Below the pieces are notes generated by a model. That model saw only the letters and a list, made by a program, of their open reading frames with translations, was not told the origin of the DNA and ran no database searches. A stretch of 64,000 nucleotides of DNA, taken from assembly GCF_009914755.1 (NCBI RefSeq), contig NC_060936.1; one strand, given 5' to 3'. Made by a program: the position numbers and the translations under genes. Origin of the DNA: the human T2T-CHM13v2.0 reference genome, Homo sapiens. The stretch's first letter is position 1. Each line of letters starts with the position of its first letter. This document shows positions 49,926 to 64,000 of the stretch, piece after piece.

Positions 49926-50224
49926 GGCAAATCAGGAGCGGGGGCAATTATAAAAGTAGTTCATCAGGAATTCTTAGTCTGTTACAGAAATAGGTTTGAT
50001 TAGCAATTGGTTATACATTGTTAGACTAAGGGTAAGAGTTATGGTGGTAAGAGTATGGTATTTTATGGCTACTTGCCATCAGTAGTCACAAAATGCCCAC
50101 ATAGCAAGTGGTTTCAAGAGGTAATTAGTTCAAGGGAGAGTGAGACTTGTTACATTTTAAATGCCTCTTTGGGACTGATAATTTAAAGGAGCTCTTATTG
50201 CTCAGATAATTTTTTTCTTTCTCA
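49425..50224 (-). mobile_element. ERV1 (MER4-group; MER57/MER93-like) solo LTR interrupted by an Alu
   Basis: TG...CA termini (tgttgacc / tttctca) with perfect 4-bp TSD catt (49421-49424 / 50225-50228). Confidence 0.75.
49577..49917 (+). mobile_element. AluS with internal 30-bp tandem duplication
   Basis: TSD aaagaaaaggca (49565-49576 / 49918-49929); ggtgaaacctc..ctctac..aaaaata repeated at 49675 and 49705. Confidence 0.93.
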
Positions 50225-52304
50225 CATTCAATATTTATTCAACAGATGCCTGTTGAATGGATGGATAGATGGTGAATGATAAAATGAAAAAAAAATTCAA
50301 TGGTATACAATTTCAAAGAAACTCTGTGATAGCATAATTAAAACATCAGCTTAGAGCCAGACATACGGGGCTTCAAATCTATCTGCCACTAATGAGCTGT
50401 GCAATCTTCGGAAATAACTTAGATTCTCTGAGTTTCACAGTTGTTTTGTGTACGTGTATGTGTGTCTGTAAATTGATGACAATAATATCTGCTTTGTAGG
50501 TTGCATAGGAATGCTAAATGAGCTAATATGCCCAAAATAAAATACCAACTACTACTCTTAAAAATAAACCTATATAAACTATAGTTACATACTAATACAT
50601 AAAAGCAAAAAATGCATTGAGTATTATGTTTTTTTCCTACATTTTAACTTATTGAAATATATTACTTTTATAATTTATTGGATTGGATGTATATGCATTT
50701 TAAAATCTCTAATAGAGGGGCACTAAAGCACTATATTTGTCTTCAAGGAATCTCATATATTTTTATGTAATATCTGTACAACTAATGAAAATACCTAAAA
50801 GAAAGCATTTGTTTGCTCAGAAAGCTAGTTGAGACAGGTTGACCTAATACCATTAGGTAAATTAACTTCAATGTTCTACTTTGTTGCAAAGTTTTAATCT
50901 CTGTATTCTAGGCAGGTGTTTTGGAACTCATCCATGTGTAGAATGATCAGTTTGTACTTTGACCCTCTCCACCCTTCCCATACAATATTGCTCAAATCAA
51001 AAGATTCATAATAAGTACTTTTAGTCTTATTTTTTCTAAGTCTTTACATTTAAATTTTTAAATGTGAGAAGAAAATAAACAATGAATAAAAACAAAAAAT
51101 TCCTTCCACCTGGATATTTAGTAAAAGTAGCCCTTCCTATATTCTCCCCTCATTCCTACACACACAGTTTTCCTGAATATTTTTTGCATTATGGTACAAT
51201 ACAAATAATATAAAATTTGCCATCTTGGCCATTGTTATAAACAGCATTGAAAATTATAGTTCAGCTCAATGGCATTAAGTACATTCATTCCTACACACAT
51301 TTTAAAAAATTACAAGGAGTACTTTCTATGGCCTTAATACTTTGTTAATTTACTCAGCAGTTGGCTTAAACTGGAGAAAAGCAAGTGTCAAAAGTTGCAT
51401 TCTATGAGTTTCCAAAGGGTACTTATCTCCTTTGATGTCAAAAACTAGCCAACATTTCAGGAAGATTTCTTCTATTTCATTGAAACTAGTAGACAAATCC
51501 TTCAAGCACAGTCATCCTGCTTTTACTAACTCTTTCTCGAAGAGCAAAGGCAGGGTTGAAACTTTCCCAACCACATCATTTAACATTTAAGTACCTACTA
51601 TGTGCCAAGTTTTGCGTACAAAGCCTAATTATAGCAACAGTCTTCCAATATGGGTGGTATTACACGCAATTTTTAGACAGGGAAATTGAAGCTCTATTTT
51701 AAGAGGCTTAACTAGAGCAAGGTAGAACTAGGATTACAATTTAAATATTTGGTCTACCTGCCCACTGCTGATTCTACCCACCACAACTACCTTCTGAATG
51801 TTTGCAGCATCTTTCAAACAAACCCAGGTGTGGCTATCCCACAGTCTGACTCCCAAAATGCCACACAATGCTGAATGTTCCTGATACAACTATTTATCTC
51901 AACCACTCTTTCGCATTTATTGCTTAAAAGAAGAACTCTTGAGTGGAGATGTGTTACATTCTTATGATTATATTTTAGACACGATTCCATTCTGGGTTAT
52001 ATTATTGGCTCTGGTAGATGATTTTCTCGTTTGATGGTGTAGCTGCTAAACTAGCACATAAAGAGCAAGTCTGGAGTAAATAGGTATAGGTATAGCGTAT
52101 ATAATATACAGACCATATCTAGTGAGAGTAGAGTATGTAAAATGTATAGAAGGTTAGTGCCAATGCTAGGGCTGGGGTGCTCACACTTACACTGCCATTC
52201 CTCAGATGCTAGAAAGACCAAAGCCTTAGAGCAATAAGGAAGAACTCTTCAGGATCTGAAATTTGTTGAAAGGATAGAGTTTAAATAGTTCTGTGAGTGA
52301 ATAC

Positions 52305-52582
52305 AAAGAAACAGATAGATGATAGAGGAAAGATAGACAGACAGACAGACACACAAACACAGCTTTGCTATTGGTAACCCTGAGAATAACTGACTTTCAT
52401 TTGACTGAGGGATTGGGATTGATCCTCCTTCTTTCTCTCTCTTTCCCTCCCTCCCTCCCTCCCTCCCTCCCTCCCTTCCTTCCTTCCTTCCTCCCTCCCT
52501 TCCTCCCTTCTCTCCTTCCTTCCTTCTCTCCCTCTCCCTCTCCCTCTTCCTCACCCTCTCCCTCTCCCCTCCCCTCTCCTCC
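52305..52582. repeat. (GATA/GACA)n followed by (CCCT/CCTT)n low-complexity tract
   Basis: Read directly; explains the R/E/G-rich ORFs at 52249-52614. Confidence 0.9.
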
Positions 52583-53063
52583 CGTTTTGGACAAAAATCT
52601 AAAATAGACTGCATATTTCCTTGTGTTCTGTTAAACTAACATTTTTCAATGATTATGATATGTCTGTCACTGAGATAAACACACTAACTGTACTCACATT
52701 TCATCCTCACAGTCAACCTATGGAGTAGGCATGGTCAACCTCATTTCATAAAAGAACCTGTGGCCTAAAGAAGCCAAGAAACGTGGTCCACTTCTCATAA
52801 CTAGAAGGAAGAGGTGAAGCCAGGATGGAAATGCAGGTCCTTCTGACCCTGTCACCCCAAAACTTATTTCATTACCTCACTATATTATCTCTCTGAATAA
52901 TTTAAGTCTTTGTGATAATTCTGTATCCTAAACTTTAATATTGAATTGACCTGTCATAATAGAGTGGGCAATCTGGTCCCATTTATATATATGTAGTATT
53001 GTAGTCTAGGACCACGGCATACATACGTATTATCTAGGCCACTGAATATAAATTCAAATGGTA

Positions 53064-53683
53064 TTGTGGAAGACAGTGTGGTGATTCCTCAAGGATCTAG
53101 AACCAGAAATACCATTTGACCCAACAATCTCATTACTGGATATATACCCAGAGGATTATAAATCATTCTGTGAAGACACATGCACACGTATGTTTATTGC
53201 AGCAGTCCAAAGACATGGAACCAACATAAGTATCCATCAAGGATAGACTGGATAAAGAATATGTGGCACATATACACCATGGAATACTATGCAGCCATAA
53301 AAAAGAATGAGTTCGTGTTCTTTGCAGGGACACGGGTGAAGCTGGAAACCATCATCCTTAGCAAACCAACACAGGAACAGAAAACCAAACACCACATGTC
53401 CTCACTCATAAGTGGGAGTTTAACAATGAGAACCCAAGGACATGGGGAGGGGACCATCGGACATGGGGAGGGGACCATCACACACTGGGGCCTGTCGGTG
53501 GTGAGGGGCAAGGGGAGGGAGAGCTTTAGGATGAATACCTAATGCATGTGGGGCTTAAAACCTAGATGACAGGTTGATAGGTGTAGCAAACCACCATAGC
53601 ACATATATACCTATGTAACAAACCTGTACACTCTGCACATGTATCCCAGAACTTAAAAATAAAACAAAACAAAACAAAAAAAA
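53064..53683 (+). mobile_element. 5'-truncated L1PA 3' fragment
   Basis: ORF2 C-terminus and 3' UTR, (AAAAC)n tail, 9-bp TSD caaatggta (53055-53063 / 53684-53692). Confidence 0.93.
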
Positions 53684-54739
53684 CAAATGGTAAGCATTTC
53701 TACCTATATTTAGTGGCACAAGACTACAGTGCTTTTTTGGGTTCATGACAGTTAATTTTTTTCTTTTCTGTGCCCCCTTTCACTGAGAAGGCAGGCTTTT
53801 TTGGTCAAAGAGATGTGGTTCATGGAGTTAGAGAGGTGTACTCAACTCTAGCTCTGACACATACTATCATTGTGATCTCATTTTCTTCATCTTTAAAATG
53901 GATGTAACATTGCCTACTTTGAAGGGGATGCGAGGGGTAAAGTAGTTAAGTGTCTAACACTGCGACTGGCAATAGTAAGTTCTTGACCAATGTCAGTCAT
54001 TATTATTATAGCATATCACTGCTGTCAGGTGGCTAACCATATTTTCTCACTGCTATCAGTGTTCCTGTTATATCTGGCTCTTTAATAATTTGTAGAGTCT
54101 AATCTGTTTGGGCTTAGAAAACAGTTCCTGTATTGGTAACCCTGCAAAAGGGACTTGTGCAGGGTATTGGCACAGAGATGGCAGTACAAAGTCAAGCCAG
54201 GAACAAAACGGGTGGAAATGCTGAGAAAACATGGTCACTGTTCCAACGCTCAGTCTGTAGATTTGAAACAGAATCAGAGACATGACTGTGGCCAGATATT
54301 GGGGTAGCACAAGAGATAACAATAGGAATGCCAAAGTCCATGGCTCCGTCTGGGTTTGCAAGCTGACAGGAGAAAATCAGAAGACAAAGCCCAGGGCCTC
54401 AGGAAAGACAGGCTTGCCTGGGAGCACTTCTTGTAGCCACTAGTTTGTGCTAATCCTCCTTTTGGAGCCTGGAATTTTCCCACAGCAACTATACTTTTAT
54501 ATTTTTTGTAAGCGCAATTCTCCAAAACTAGCATCTCTTACTTAGAAAATAAATTGTTGAGATCTGAAGTTAAGGTTCGTAGATACTGAGTGAAGGCATA
54601 GGGAGCCTTTCCTTTAGCAATGACCATGAATTTTAATGTGTACATTTTGTTTGACTGCCTTAGGTATCTTAGTTTTTATCAATACATTCTTAGCTAAATG
54701 ATAAATAAATGAATTTTCTTGACCACATTTATGTGTAAA

Positions 54740-54928
54740 TAAGGTTGCCAGATAAAAGGCAGGATCTTTACTTAAATTTGAATTTCAGATAAACAATAAT
54801 TCAATTTTTAGAATAAGTATGTTTCAAATATTGCGTGAGACATACTTATTCTAAAAATGTATTCATTGTTTACCTGAGATTCAAATTTAACTGGGAATTC
54901 TATTTTTTTTCTAAATCTGGAAACTCTA
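54740..54928. mobile_element. MER53 DNA-transposon MITE
   Basis: TIRs taaggttgccagat / atctggaaactcta and internal aaatttgaatttcagataaac. Confidence 0.8.
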
Positions 54929-57900
54929 CATATGAATGACTACAATAATGTGAACACTAGTAATTACTGAGCACTTTCAGGAACAGTGATACTATTTTAA
55001 CACACATTATCTTACTTAATTTTTACAACAATGGATCAACACAATTATTATTCTCATTTTCCAGTTATAAAACTGGGACTAGAAAGATTAATTTCTAACA
55101 GTTTGCAAATGGTAAAGCTAAAATTCAAACTCAGATCTGTCTGACTCCCTAAATAACACACACGCATACTCTGTGTATGTGGATGAGAAAAATGCACCTG
55201 TCCGGGCATTCTGTCATTTTTGGATATTTGGATTCCAGATGCAATTGTCATTTATTATTCCTTATGGTAAATTCATAAAATGCAACCATTTTATCTCTCT
55301 GTATGTTTTCTTTGATCAAAAGGAGAAAACCATTTTCTATTACTTGAGTTCAGACAGGCATGTGGCTGAGCTTTCTCAGCAGGTGCCGGTTTTCCTGTGC
55401 AGTTTGAAGCTGTGTTTAGGTAACTCAGAGAAAGCCTTCTGGCCACCCTGCTTCTGATGGTGTCCAGCGAATACCTCATAGCAACAATGTCAGTTTCTTA
55501 CTCATTTTTGTTACTTACCTAGCATTAGGAAGTTTGCTGAGGTGAACATTATTTTAATGTTGTCAATTGGCCACTCTCCAGGAGCTAATTGTTGACAATT
55601 CTCCCTTGCCATTAAATAGTAAATATTACAAATCGTTGAGGCTAATAAACCACTTAAGAAAATGAATGTCATGTTATTGTGACATCTAATGATGAACGTC
55701 TGAAGCCATGAAGGTTCCTAGACTTCTTTGCATTTTGGGATTTGGGAAGTTTTGCTTTTTTGCCTCAACTAACCTCTTCTAAATGGTTACTTAATCACTA
55801 GAAACTAAACTACTACCATCTAAGTTAGAAAACTGTATTGACTTTTAGAGAATATATTATCAAGGACCAGAATCGAAAAACTATAATTTACATTCCCTGT
55901 CGCCTCTTCTGTGGTTATTGAATTCTATTGGCAAAGCACTCTGGAAGCATTTGCTATTAACATGACTAAAGCAATTATATGAGGCTTTTAAATAATGTCC
56001 AGCAACGGTATTCTTTATTGCATTTAACATTAAGAATCTTTGGCAACTCAGGAGCTTATTATCATTAAATAAGAGATCCTCATCCTCACATATTATACAG
56101 AAATATTAGTTTTAAAATATTTTTCAAAAGAAGTAGTTTTTAGCTAATTCTTTTAAAAATAAAAGCAGTAGAAAAGTGTAATCTGTTAAAAATGATCTGT
56201 GGTTTTTGTCTGCACGATATTCGTAACCATTTAAATCCTTTCGTATAAAAGTTGGTCAGTATTCCAGTTATTTTATTGCTATTGTCTGTCTTCACATAGA
56301 TCACAACAAAAATATCAGAATTTTATTTATTGAGTTCAGATTTCATATTTGAAAATATATGTAATTGAACTGTATTATTTTCAACTACCTGAGTCCTGTA
56401 TAGAAATATTCAAATGATTCATTGAATTTTTCACTTTTCATCTGGATGTTTGTGTTTTATGTCAATACAGTCACAGATTGAATTTACTGTGATAAACCGT
56501 GGCAAGAATCAACTATCTCTCATATGACATCAAAGTGTTTGAAGGGAAATGAGTGTACCAGTTTCTTTGCAAAATCTGCAAAAAAAAATTTGCAAAATTT
56601 ACAAATTTCAGATGCAAAAATCTGACTGGATCTGAGATAGCAATTGTGATCCCATGGTAAAAGAAAAATAATTTCTCAAATTCTTGAGGTACAAAGTAAG
56701 CAATAGTCTTAAAAATCTTAAAAGTTTCAAGTGTCTAGAAACTTGTCGGCATGATTATCAGGAGATTGGGAACACATGTATTCCTGTTATGATTACCTCA
56801 AACATCACAGAACAGCTAACAAGCTTCTCAGAGGTCATCCCTTGCATTCTTCTTAAGGTACATTTTTATACTCTAAGGACATTGATGTTTACACACTAAA
56901 GCACATGACATTTAGTTTCATTAGTTTAACTTGACACAATCCAGTGGAAAGCAATACTTTTTAATAAGCAGTGTATAAGACTTTAAAGAAAAAATTACCA
57001 ACTGGTGCCGATATGAGAAAATGGAGAATAGCAACAACAACAGCCAACACCACTGTGGTTACAAGTCAGTAATAGAATAATATTAATACTTTCTGAGAGT
57101 TTACTATTTTTTTCTTTCTTCTCTGCCTTTTAAACAATATCTTTATGAAATTGCAAATTGCAGGACCATAGATATTATTACAGTTTTTGGAGAAACCAGA
57201 AAGATAGAGAAAGGATATATAATAAATTCCTGCCATGATCTTAATTTTTTCAATGTAACCTTTTGAGATAAAGAAGTCTTAACCTATAGATCATGTTTTA
57301 TTTCACATAGAATGAATTAAATACTCAAGAGCTCTCTATGAAGGAGGCAAATATTCCCACATAGTTAACCTCATATATCTTTATTCTCTCTTTGTTTTCT
57401 TGAAATAAGAGTGTGTTTTTAATAACAATTGTGTTATGAAGAATCTCAAACATACACAAAAGGAGAGAATTGTATAGTGAACTACTACGCACTAATTGTG
57501 AACTTCCCTGTTGTCAATAGGACATGACTGATTATTTTGTTTTTATTGTCAATTACTTACCTCCTTCTTGCTCCCATTAGGTTGAGTTCCTGATATCATA
57601 CTGGCTTTTTTTGGGTAAGTATTTCTTTATGAATTTGTAAAAAATAAAGAAACCCATTATTCTATTATCACACCTTAAAAATAACATTAATTTGCCGGTA
57701 TTGTCAAGTGTCCAGTTAGTACTCACATTTTTCATTTTTCTCCAGTTTGTTTATTTGAAAAAGGGCCACATAAAGCCTATACATTGTGGTTGGTTAATTT
57801 GTCTTTTTAATTTTCTTTAGTGTAATTTCTGGAATAAAGATGATCATTGATATATACTCTTCTATAGTGACCATTGCCTTACTGCGAGGGTAGTTAAGGT

Positions 57901-59079
57901 AAAACACAATGTTTTAAGATTGATGCTATCAATCTATGTAATGCCAAGTAAAACTATAAGTAAAATGGTCAATTTTATGAGGTCTGGGTCTAAATATTGT
58001 TTACTTTAAAAATCTGGTGATTTATTTCTTTCCATTTTTATTTCACATATTTTCTTATTTTGTACATGTAGCAATGTTCTAAATATAAATTTAAATGTTG
58101 ACATTTTAAAAGTTTGCCATTGATAGTGATCTTTAAAAAAACAACTTTCAGATTGAAATATTCAATTAAAGCAATAATCGGTTGCTGTTGGTTCTTTGTA
58201 TGTCACGCTAATTACAGATTTTCTCCTACTTATATCAAGATGTTTAATTCAGTACCTAGTTTATCTTGATTATAAATTTAGATTCTTTTCCTGAACCATG
58301 GAAGTTGAATATAAAACTGTCAGAAGATATTTATGTACTTTATTTAGACATAATTTATATAATTAATTCTAATTGGTACTATAGTTGTTAGAGAGAAACT
58401 AGTTAAAAGCAAAATAATCCGCCAGTCTCTTAATTTACTTTTTATAAAATAATCACATTATACTTGAATTTGTTCTAAATATGCATTTGATTTAAAAATG
58501 TCTTTTGATTGCACAGTTTCTGCTCACAAGAAGTGACTTGAGATAATTTTCCCCTTGAATTATTTAATCTACTTGTCCAGGGCATTAATTATGAAAATGA
58601 CATTTAAGACTATCCTGTCTTATTAATGATGCTTACTTTTTTGCTCATAAGTATGAAGAGTGAGAATTGGAAGTAGATACTATTACTGTTGTTATCACTT
58701 AACAGGTACCTAATTTACTTAGAACAATGGAAAAAAGTTAGAGTTTTCTTGTTTGCTTGCTTGTTACAGAATGTGCTAAACAATGCAAACTACTTTTTTT
58801 GGCTCTTCTGAATAAACAGGTGCTCTTAATAACCCTGATTCTCCAATAAATATACATTTTTTTGCCTTTGTAAAGGAAGTAGAATTGCAACTCATACCTT
58901 CAGTTGAATATTATAATATGCTTAGCAATTGAAGTTGCTTTCATAAATAAATTTTCTGTTAAAATTCTGTACAGGGAAAATAATGAACCATGCTATCATT
59001 ATTGCCTCCTTCATCTAACAATAGGTCTCTAAGCAAAGTTCGTGTGGGCAATGGACGTCTTTACCCTAGGAACACAGCT

Positions 59080-59335
59080 AAAGCCTATATGTCACTTAGT
59101 ATGTGCTAGGCACAGTTATAAGCACCTACGTACATTAACTTATTTAATCCTCCTAACAACCTTAAAGGAAGTTACTATTATTATGATATCCATTTTACAG
59201 AAAAGGAAATTGAGACATAGAAAGGTTAAATGACGTCTTGGCTGGCATACAGCTAGCTGTGGTGGGACTAGGGTTTGAATTGAGGCAGTCTGACTCTATA
59301 GATTTATTTTTATCCACTATGCTATACTGCCTAAT
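59080..59335 (-). mobile_element. MIR
   Basis: catttaatcct-like start, ccattttacagaaaaggaaattgagacatagaaaggttaa, gggtttgaa...gcagtctgactc. Confidence 0.75.
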
Positions 59336-59739
59336 AAGCATAGAGCATGTCAGTGGTTGCCTGGGAGTTAGTTGTTTGATGTAAATAATGGAAATTTTCT
59401 AAATCTTGATTGTGGTGGTGGCAACATGAGTGTATTCATTTGTCAGAACTCATCAAACTGTGCATGTGAAATGGATGCATTTTATTAGATGTAAGTTATA
59501 TCTCAAAAAAGTTGATTTATTAAAAAAAAAGTGTTAAGACTCACTTGACAGTCCTTCATACAGTGAATTTTGGTAACCTTTACTGGATGGTAGATTTTGT
59601 TAATTTTTTAGTACAGTGCACTTTATATGACCTAACTGATATATAAAGAATAAGGTACTCAAAAATCAACAAATACACATCACTTTGGAATGGTATGGAA
59701 TAATTAGTGAAATTTACCACATAGGGGGATCATACAGTG

Positions 59740-61300
59740 TGTCCACACTATAGATTAGCTTCAGATCTTTTATATCCTTACTAGTTTTTTGTCTGCTTGC
59801 TCTATAATGACACAGAGACCAACATTAAACTAGTTATGAGTTTGTTTTTCCTTTTCATCCTGTCTCTTTTGTCTTCCTATAATTTCAGTCATTTTTATTA
59901 GTTACAAATAAAAGTTGTATTAGTTACAAATAATAGATTTTTAGCATTGTTATGTTTTATACTGGGTTGATTTCTTCATCATTAAGAATAATTAAAAATA
60001 ATCTCTGTTCTAGTCATGGCTTTTGACGTAAAGTCTTTTAAAATTTTATTAATATAGCCACACCACCATTCTCTGCTTAATATTTGCATGGCATATCTTT
60101 TTCTGGCCTTTTGCTTTCAATCTGTTTTCTATTTTTATTAGGGATATGTGCTTGTAATTTTTTTTTGCTCTTGTTTTTGTTTTTCATAGTGCGGCAGTCT
60201 CTCATTTATTTTTATTCAGTTTTATTGCTGATGTAGTTGAGTTAAAACCTACCAGCTTTCTATTCTTATTTTTAAATTAGTTCTTTAGAGAACTAATTTA
60301 AAGATGTAAAGACGGCATTTCATCGGGAGTACTTTAAAGATGGCATTTCATTACTTTCTGGCTTTCATCATTTCTGTTGAAAATTCAATTAGTTTTATTG
60401 TTGCTCCTTGTAATAATGTATCTCCCTCCAGTCTCCCCAACCCCCTACCTCTGAGTGCTTTCAAATTTTCTCTTTGTTTTTGGCTTTGAGAAGTTTTGCT
60501 ATGATGTGTCCAGGTTTCATCTCACCTGTATTCATCCTGAGAGTTCAAAGAGCTTCTCGAATCTGTGGCTTGATGGCTTTCATCAATCATTTTCTCTTCA
60601 AATACGGCTTTTGCTTGATTCGCTCTCCTCTCCTCTGGTATTCCAATAACATGTGTCTGACATTTGGATTATTTTTCTTATATATATTTTTGCATTTTTA
60701 AAATCGTTTATCCTTCTGAGCTTTAGTCTAAAAGATTTTATGTTAATCTGTATTTCAGTTCACAAAGTCACGATTCTACTCTGTCCAATCTGCGATCATG
60801 TCCCTTTATCAAGTGTGTTATTTTGTTTTTCATTTCTAGAATTTCCATGTGAAATTCTTTACTCATTTTATTCATTTTTTATTGTTTTTCAACTTTTATT
60901 TTAGACTCTTGGGGTACATGTGCAAGTTTGTTACCTAAGGATACTGCATGATGCTGAGGTTGGGGTATGAATGATCCCACCACCCAAGTAGTGAGCATAG
61001 TACCCAACAGTTACTTTTTCAACTCTTGTCCCGCTCCTCACCTCCCGCCTCTAGTAGTCCCGAGTGTGTATTGTTGCCCTGTTTTTGCCCTGTGACTTTT
61101 TTATTCAGATTTAAATTCTCTGGTAAAATTTTCTATCTTTTCATCTATTTTTCATCTTTCTCTTTGTTTTCTTGAGTGTATTAGTTATAATGATTTAATG
61201 TCCTTATTGAATAATTCCAATATCTGGATCACCTGTGGATCTCTTTTTATCGGCTGTTTTATTCTCATGGTGTTAGGTCATATAGTCCTGTGTTTTCGTA
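59740..61300 (-). mobile_element. Old L1M/L1ME fragments with a nested L1PA 3' end (~60870-61090)
   Basis: T-rich antisense L1 texture; ggggtacatgtgcaagtttgttacc...gtagtgagcatagtacccaacag is an older L1PA 3' terminus. Confidence 0.6.
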
Positions 61301-61307
61301 CGCCTGG

Positions 61308-61653
61308 TTCTTAGTCTGTTTAGGCTGTTATAAGAAACTACCATGGACTGGGTAGTTTAAACAACAAGCATTTATTTCTTACAGTTCTGGAGGGTGGACG
61401 TCCAAGGTTAGGGTTCCAGCATGGTTGGGTTCTTGGTAAGTGCCCGCTCTTGGTATGCAGATGGTTGTGTCCACACTGTATTCTCACATGGAGGGGAGAA
61501 GTAGCTCTAGGCTCTTCATCCCCTTATAAGGATCCTAATTCCATCATCATGACCTAATCACCACCCAAAAGCCCCACATCCTTATTCTATGACATTGAGG
61601 GTTAAGATTTCAACATACAAATTTTGAAGAGTACAAACATTAAGTTTATAACA
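61308..61653 (-). mobile_element. MLT1A-type solo LTR
   Basis: tcttagtctgtttaggctg...tttatttcttacagttctggagg...ttcaacatacaaattttg...ataaca; TSD-like cctgg/gctgg. Confidence 0.8.
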
Positions 61654-62899
61654 GCTGGTAGGTTTTTTATTCAATGCCTGACATCTTATATAAAAAATTA
61701 TAAAAGACTGATCATATTATCATCTCCAAAGAGCAGAAGGAGTGAGGGCCTGATCCTCTTAATCCAGTCAGAAACTAAATTGAAGGCCAAATTGAAGTTG
61801 TGTTAAGGCTCTATCTAGATTTCTTTCATCCCTGCTTCTAGGATGTAGTTCCCAATGTGTTCTGACTGAGATTCAGGATGCTTCCTGGGTTCCATCCCTT
61901 CATGTGTCTAGAACTTAAAGTCTGTTTCCTAAGCACTGTGAGACTGCTAAAAACTCCTCGTTTTCCAAAAGCATTTTGCTTGGCTTCTTAGATTCCTTTC
62001 CTCACATAGCTGTAGAATTCAACCAACATCATCAACGAAACCCAGCAACGTACTGGATGTTGTTCGCCGCCCCCCAATTTCTCACTAGAATCCCATCCCC
62101 TCAAGCATCTAAATTGTGTCTCTCCAACCTCATGAGATGGCCTGAGGTTCTGATGGTCTTTCTGCCTCTTTAGCAGGGGCAGCTTCTTGGCCTTTTCCCT
62201 GAATCTTCAGCCTCTTGCTCTATGCACAAAACTAACAAGTGCTCTAAGGGGGAAAACAAAACAAAACAACAACAACAACAACACTCAGCTGTGAATTGTC
62301 CACTTGGCTCCCCAAGCCATTTGTCCTTCCCAAGACCTCGAACTTTCATGTCCTGTTTGCCCTTGGCAGCAGTCTGATGGCCACAGGCTTATTCTACTGC
62401 TTGGCTATCTAGTTGTGTTCAGCAGAGGCTTTGGTTTAATGCAAGATGCTCCATCATGCCCTATTATGAATCTTTGCATTCCAGAGAAAACAGCATCAAA
62501 CAATTCAAAGCAGCAATATATAGAACAACAAACAATTCAAAGCTGCAATATATAGAAACAATAATAGTAGGAGATTTATAACTCACCTCACATGACAGGC
62601 AAATGAAATAAGAATATAGTGGATCAAAATAATGGAATTAATTAAATGGAACTCATAGATGTACATTTGGCTATATTTCAAAATAACAGTATTTTAGTCA
62701 GGGTTCTCCAGAGAAGCATATATATAGCTATACACACACACAATCTCCAGGTATTTTGGAGAATACACAATACTGCAGTATTTTGTTACAGCAGCCTGTG
62801 TGAACTAAGACAATGAAGAAAAGTTAGCAAAAGATGAAGCAATTTCCTAACCATTTAAAATTTCAAAATATAATAATAAGTTTGTAACTTTTTTCATTT

Positions 62900-64000
62900 A
62901 TTATACCTAAACAAATTTCAAGTAGATCCAAGATTTAAAGAAAATTTGAAAATCACCAAAAAAGAGCATAGAATATTATTTATAAGTGTAAAAATCATTA
63001 CTATGCATCATGAAATAATCAGGAAAGGAAAAGATGGATGCGTTGACTATTAAAAATTGTAAACTGTTCAATTGTAAAAATTATAAACAAAGTCAAAGCA
63101 AAATGACAAAATGGGAACAGTTATGTACAGCACATATGATGAACAAAAAGCTAATTTTACTTAATATACACAAAACTGAAAAAATTAACAATCATCCATA
63201 AAATGGTAAAAAAAAATGTATGAACAGATATTTCACCAAAAAGGGAAAGAAATACTAACAGTCAAAAAACATATAAAAGAATTTTTTTTTAGTCTAGATT
63301 TTTTAAAAAACTAAACAAGAATATATTATGATGCTCAAACACTTAAAAATTAAATAAAATAATTCAACTTTTTAGAGAGCAGTTTGCCAAAATTACTCAA
63401 AATTAAAGGCATACATTATTTGACTCAGAGATTTCCCTTCTAAGAATTTATCATGCAGATATATTCCCAGAGATTTCCCTTCTAATAACTTATTACACAG
63501 AACTATTCCCGTAATTCTACAAAGTGTATTCAAATATTCCAATTACAGAGTCATGTGAAATAGCAAATGAATAAGCAACTTATATATCTACCAATAAGAG
63601 ACTGGTTAATAAATAATAGTATATTTATTAATAGAATGTCATGCAGTCAGTAAAAGGAATGAGAAATGAGTGAAGAAAACTATCAAAGCTAAATTGTTAA
63701 TAAAAAAAGCAAGTTGCAGAAAAATTTGTATACATGTTTTCGTTTTTTCTTTTGGCAACAAAAATAAAAAAACCTTATTAGGCTTATATGTGCATAGACA
63801 TTTTCTGAAAACAAGCATGAAAAATGGTAAACACTGCTTTTTGGAGACTGAGCTTTGGGGTTCAATAGTGGAGGACAATATCTTCTTTTGTACTTTGCGT
63901 TATTCTATAGCATTTGAAATTTTCTAAAACACATATTTACTTTTATGATTAACTTTTCAAACTATCTTAAAATGATATGGTAATGCTAAGTTTCAAGTTT
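62900..64000 (+). mobile_element. Ancient L1ME ORF2 3'/3' UTR relic
   Basis: A-rich degenerate L1 sequence (tatgaacagatatttcacc, tttgactcagagatttcccttctaagaatttatc, gactggttaataaat). Confidence 0.6.

Noticed and set aside
52249-52614. R/E/G-rich and P/S-rich ORFs (also 33966-34244)
   Set aside because: Translations of simple CT/GA repeats.
56565-56625. Cluster of tgcaaa motifs resembling a short repeat array
   Set aside because: Irregular spacing and low complexity; not a structured array or CRISPR-like.
57580-57620. Small AG...GG|gtaagt exon-like unit
   Set aside because: Sits inside an old antisense L1-like fragment where such sites are common; no other support.

Overview
AT-rich, CpG-depleted primate (very probably human) genomic DNA, intronic or intergenic. 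I found no protein-coding gene that I can support. The long ORFs in the track are LINE-1 ORF1/ORF2 fragments, Alu-derived read-throughs or low-complexity translations. Roughly half the window is interspersed repeat: about 15 Alus (J/S/Y), a decayed full-length L1PA (42901-49310, +), a 3-kb 5'-truncated L1PA (35205-38182, -), several ERV/MaLR solo LTRs, a 1.3-kb Charlie hAT transposon, MER5/MER8/MER53, MIR/L2, and a long CR1/L3 relic. The observations least explained by ordinary repeats are: (i) a ~68-bp inverted repeat pair (30131-30199 / 32048-32113) enclosing a 180-nt exon-like open frame; (ii) a promoter/first-exon-like segment at 7.4-7.6 kb with a perfect splice donor, whose 37-bp core recurs 2.4 kb downstream; (iii) an LTR 3' fragment that appears to have been retroposed by L1 machinery; (iv) a tailless, TSD-less AluY; (v) an L1 inserted into one arm of a palindrome. 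Repeat subfamily names come from recalled consensus sequences and need RepeatMasker/Dfam confirmation. I cannot name the locus or host gene, and nothing here amounts to a demonstrated new biological system.
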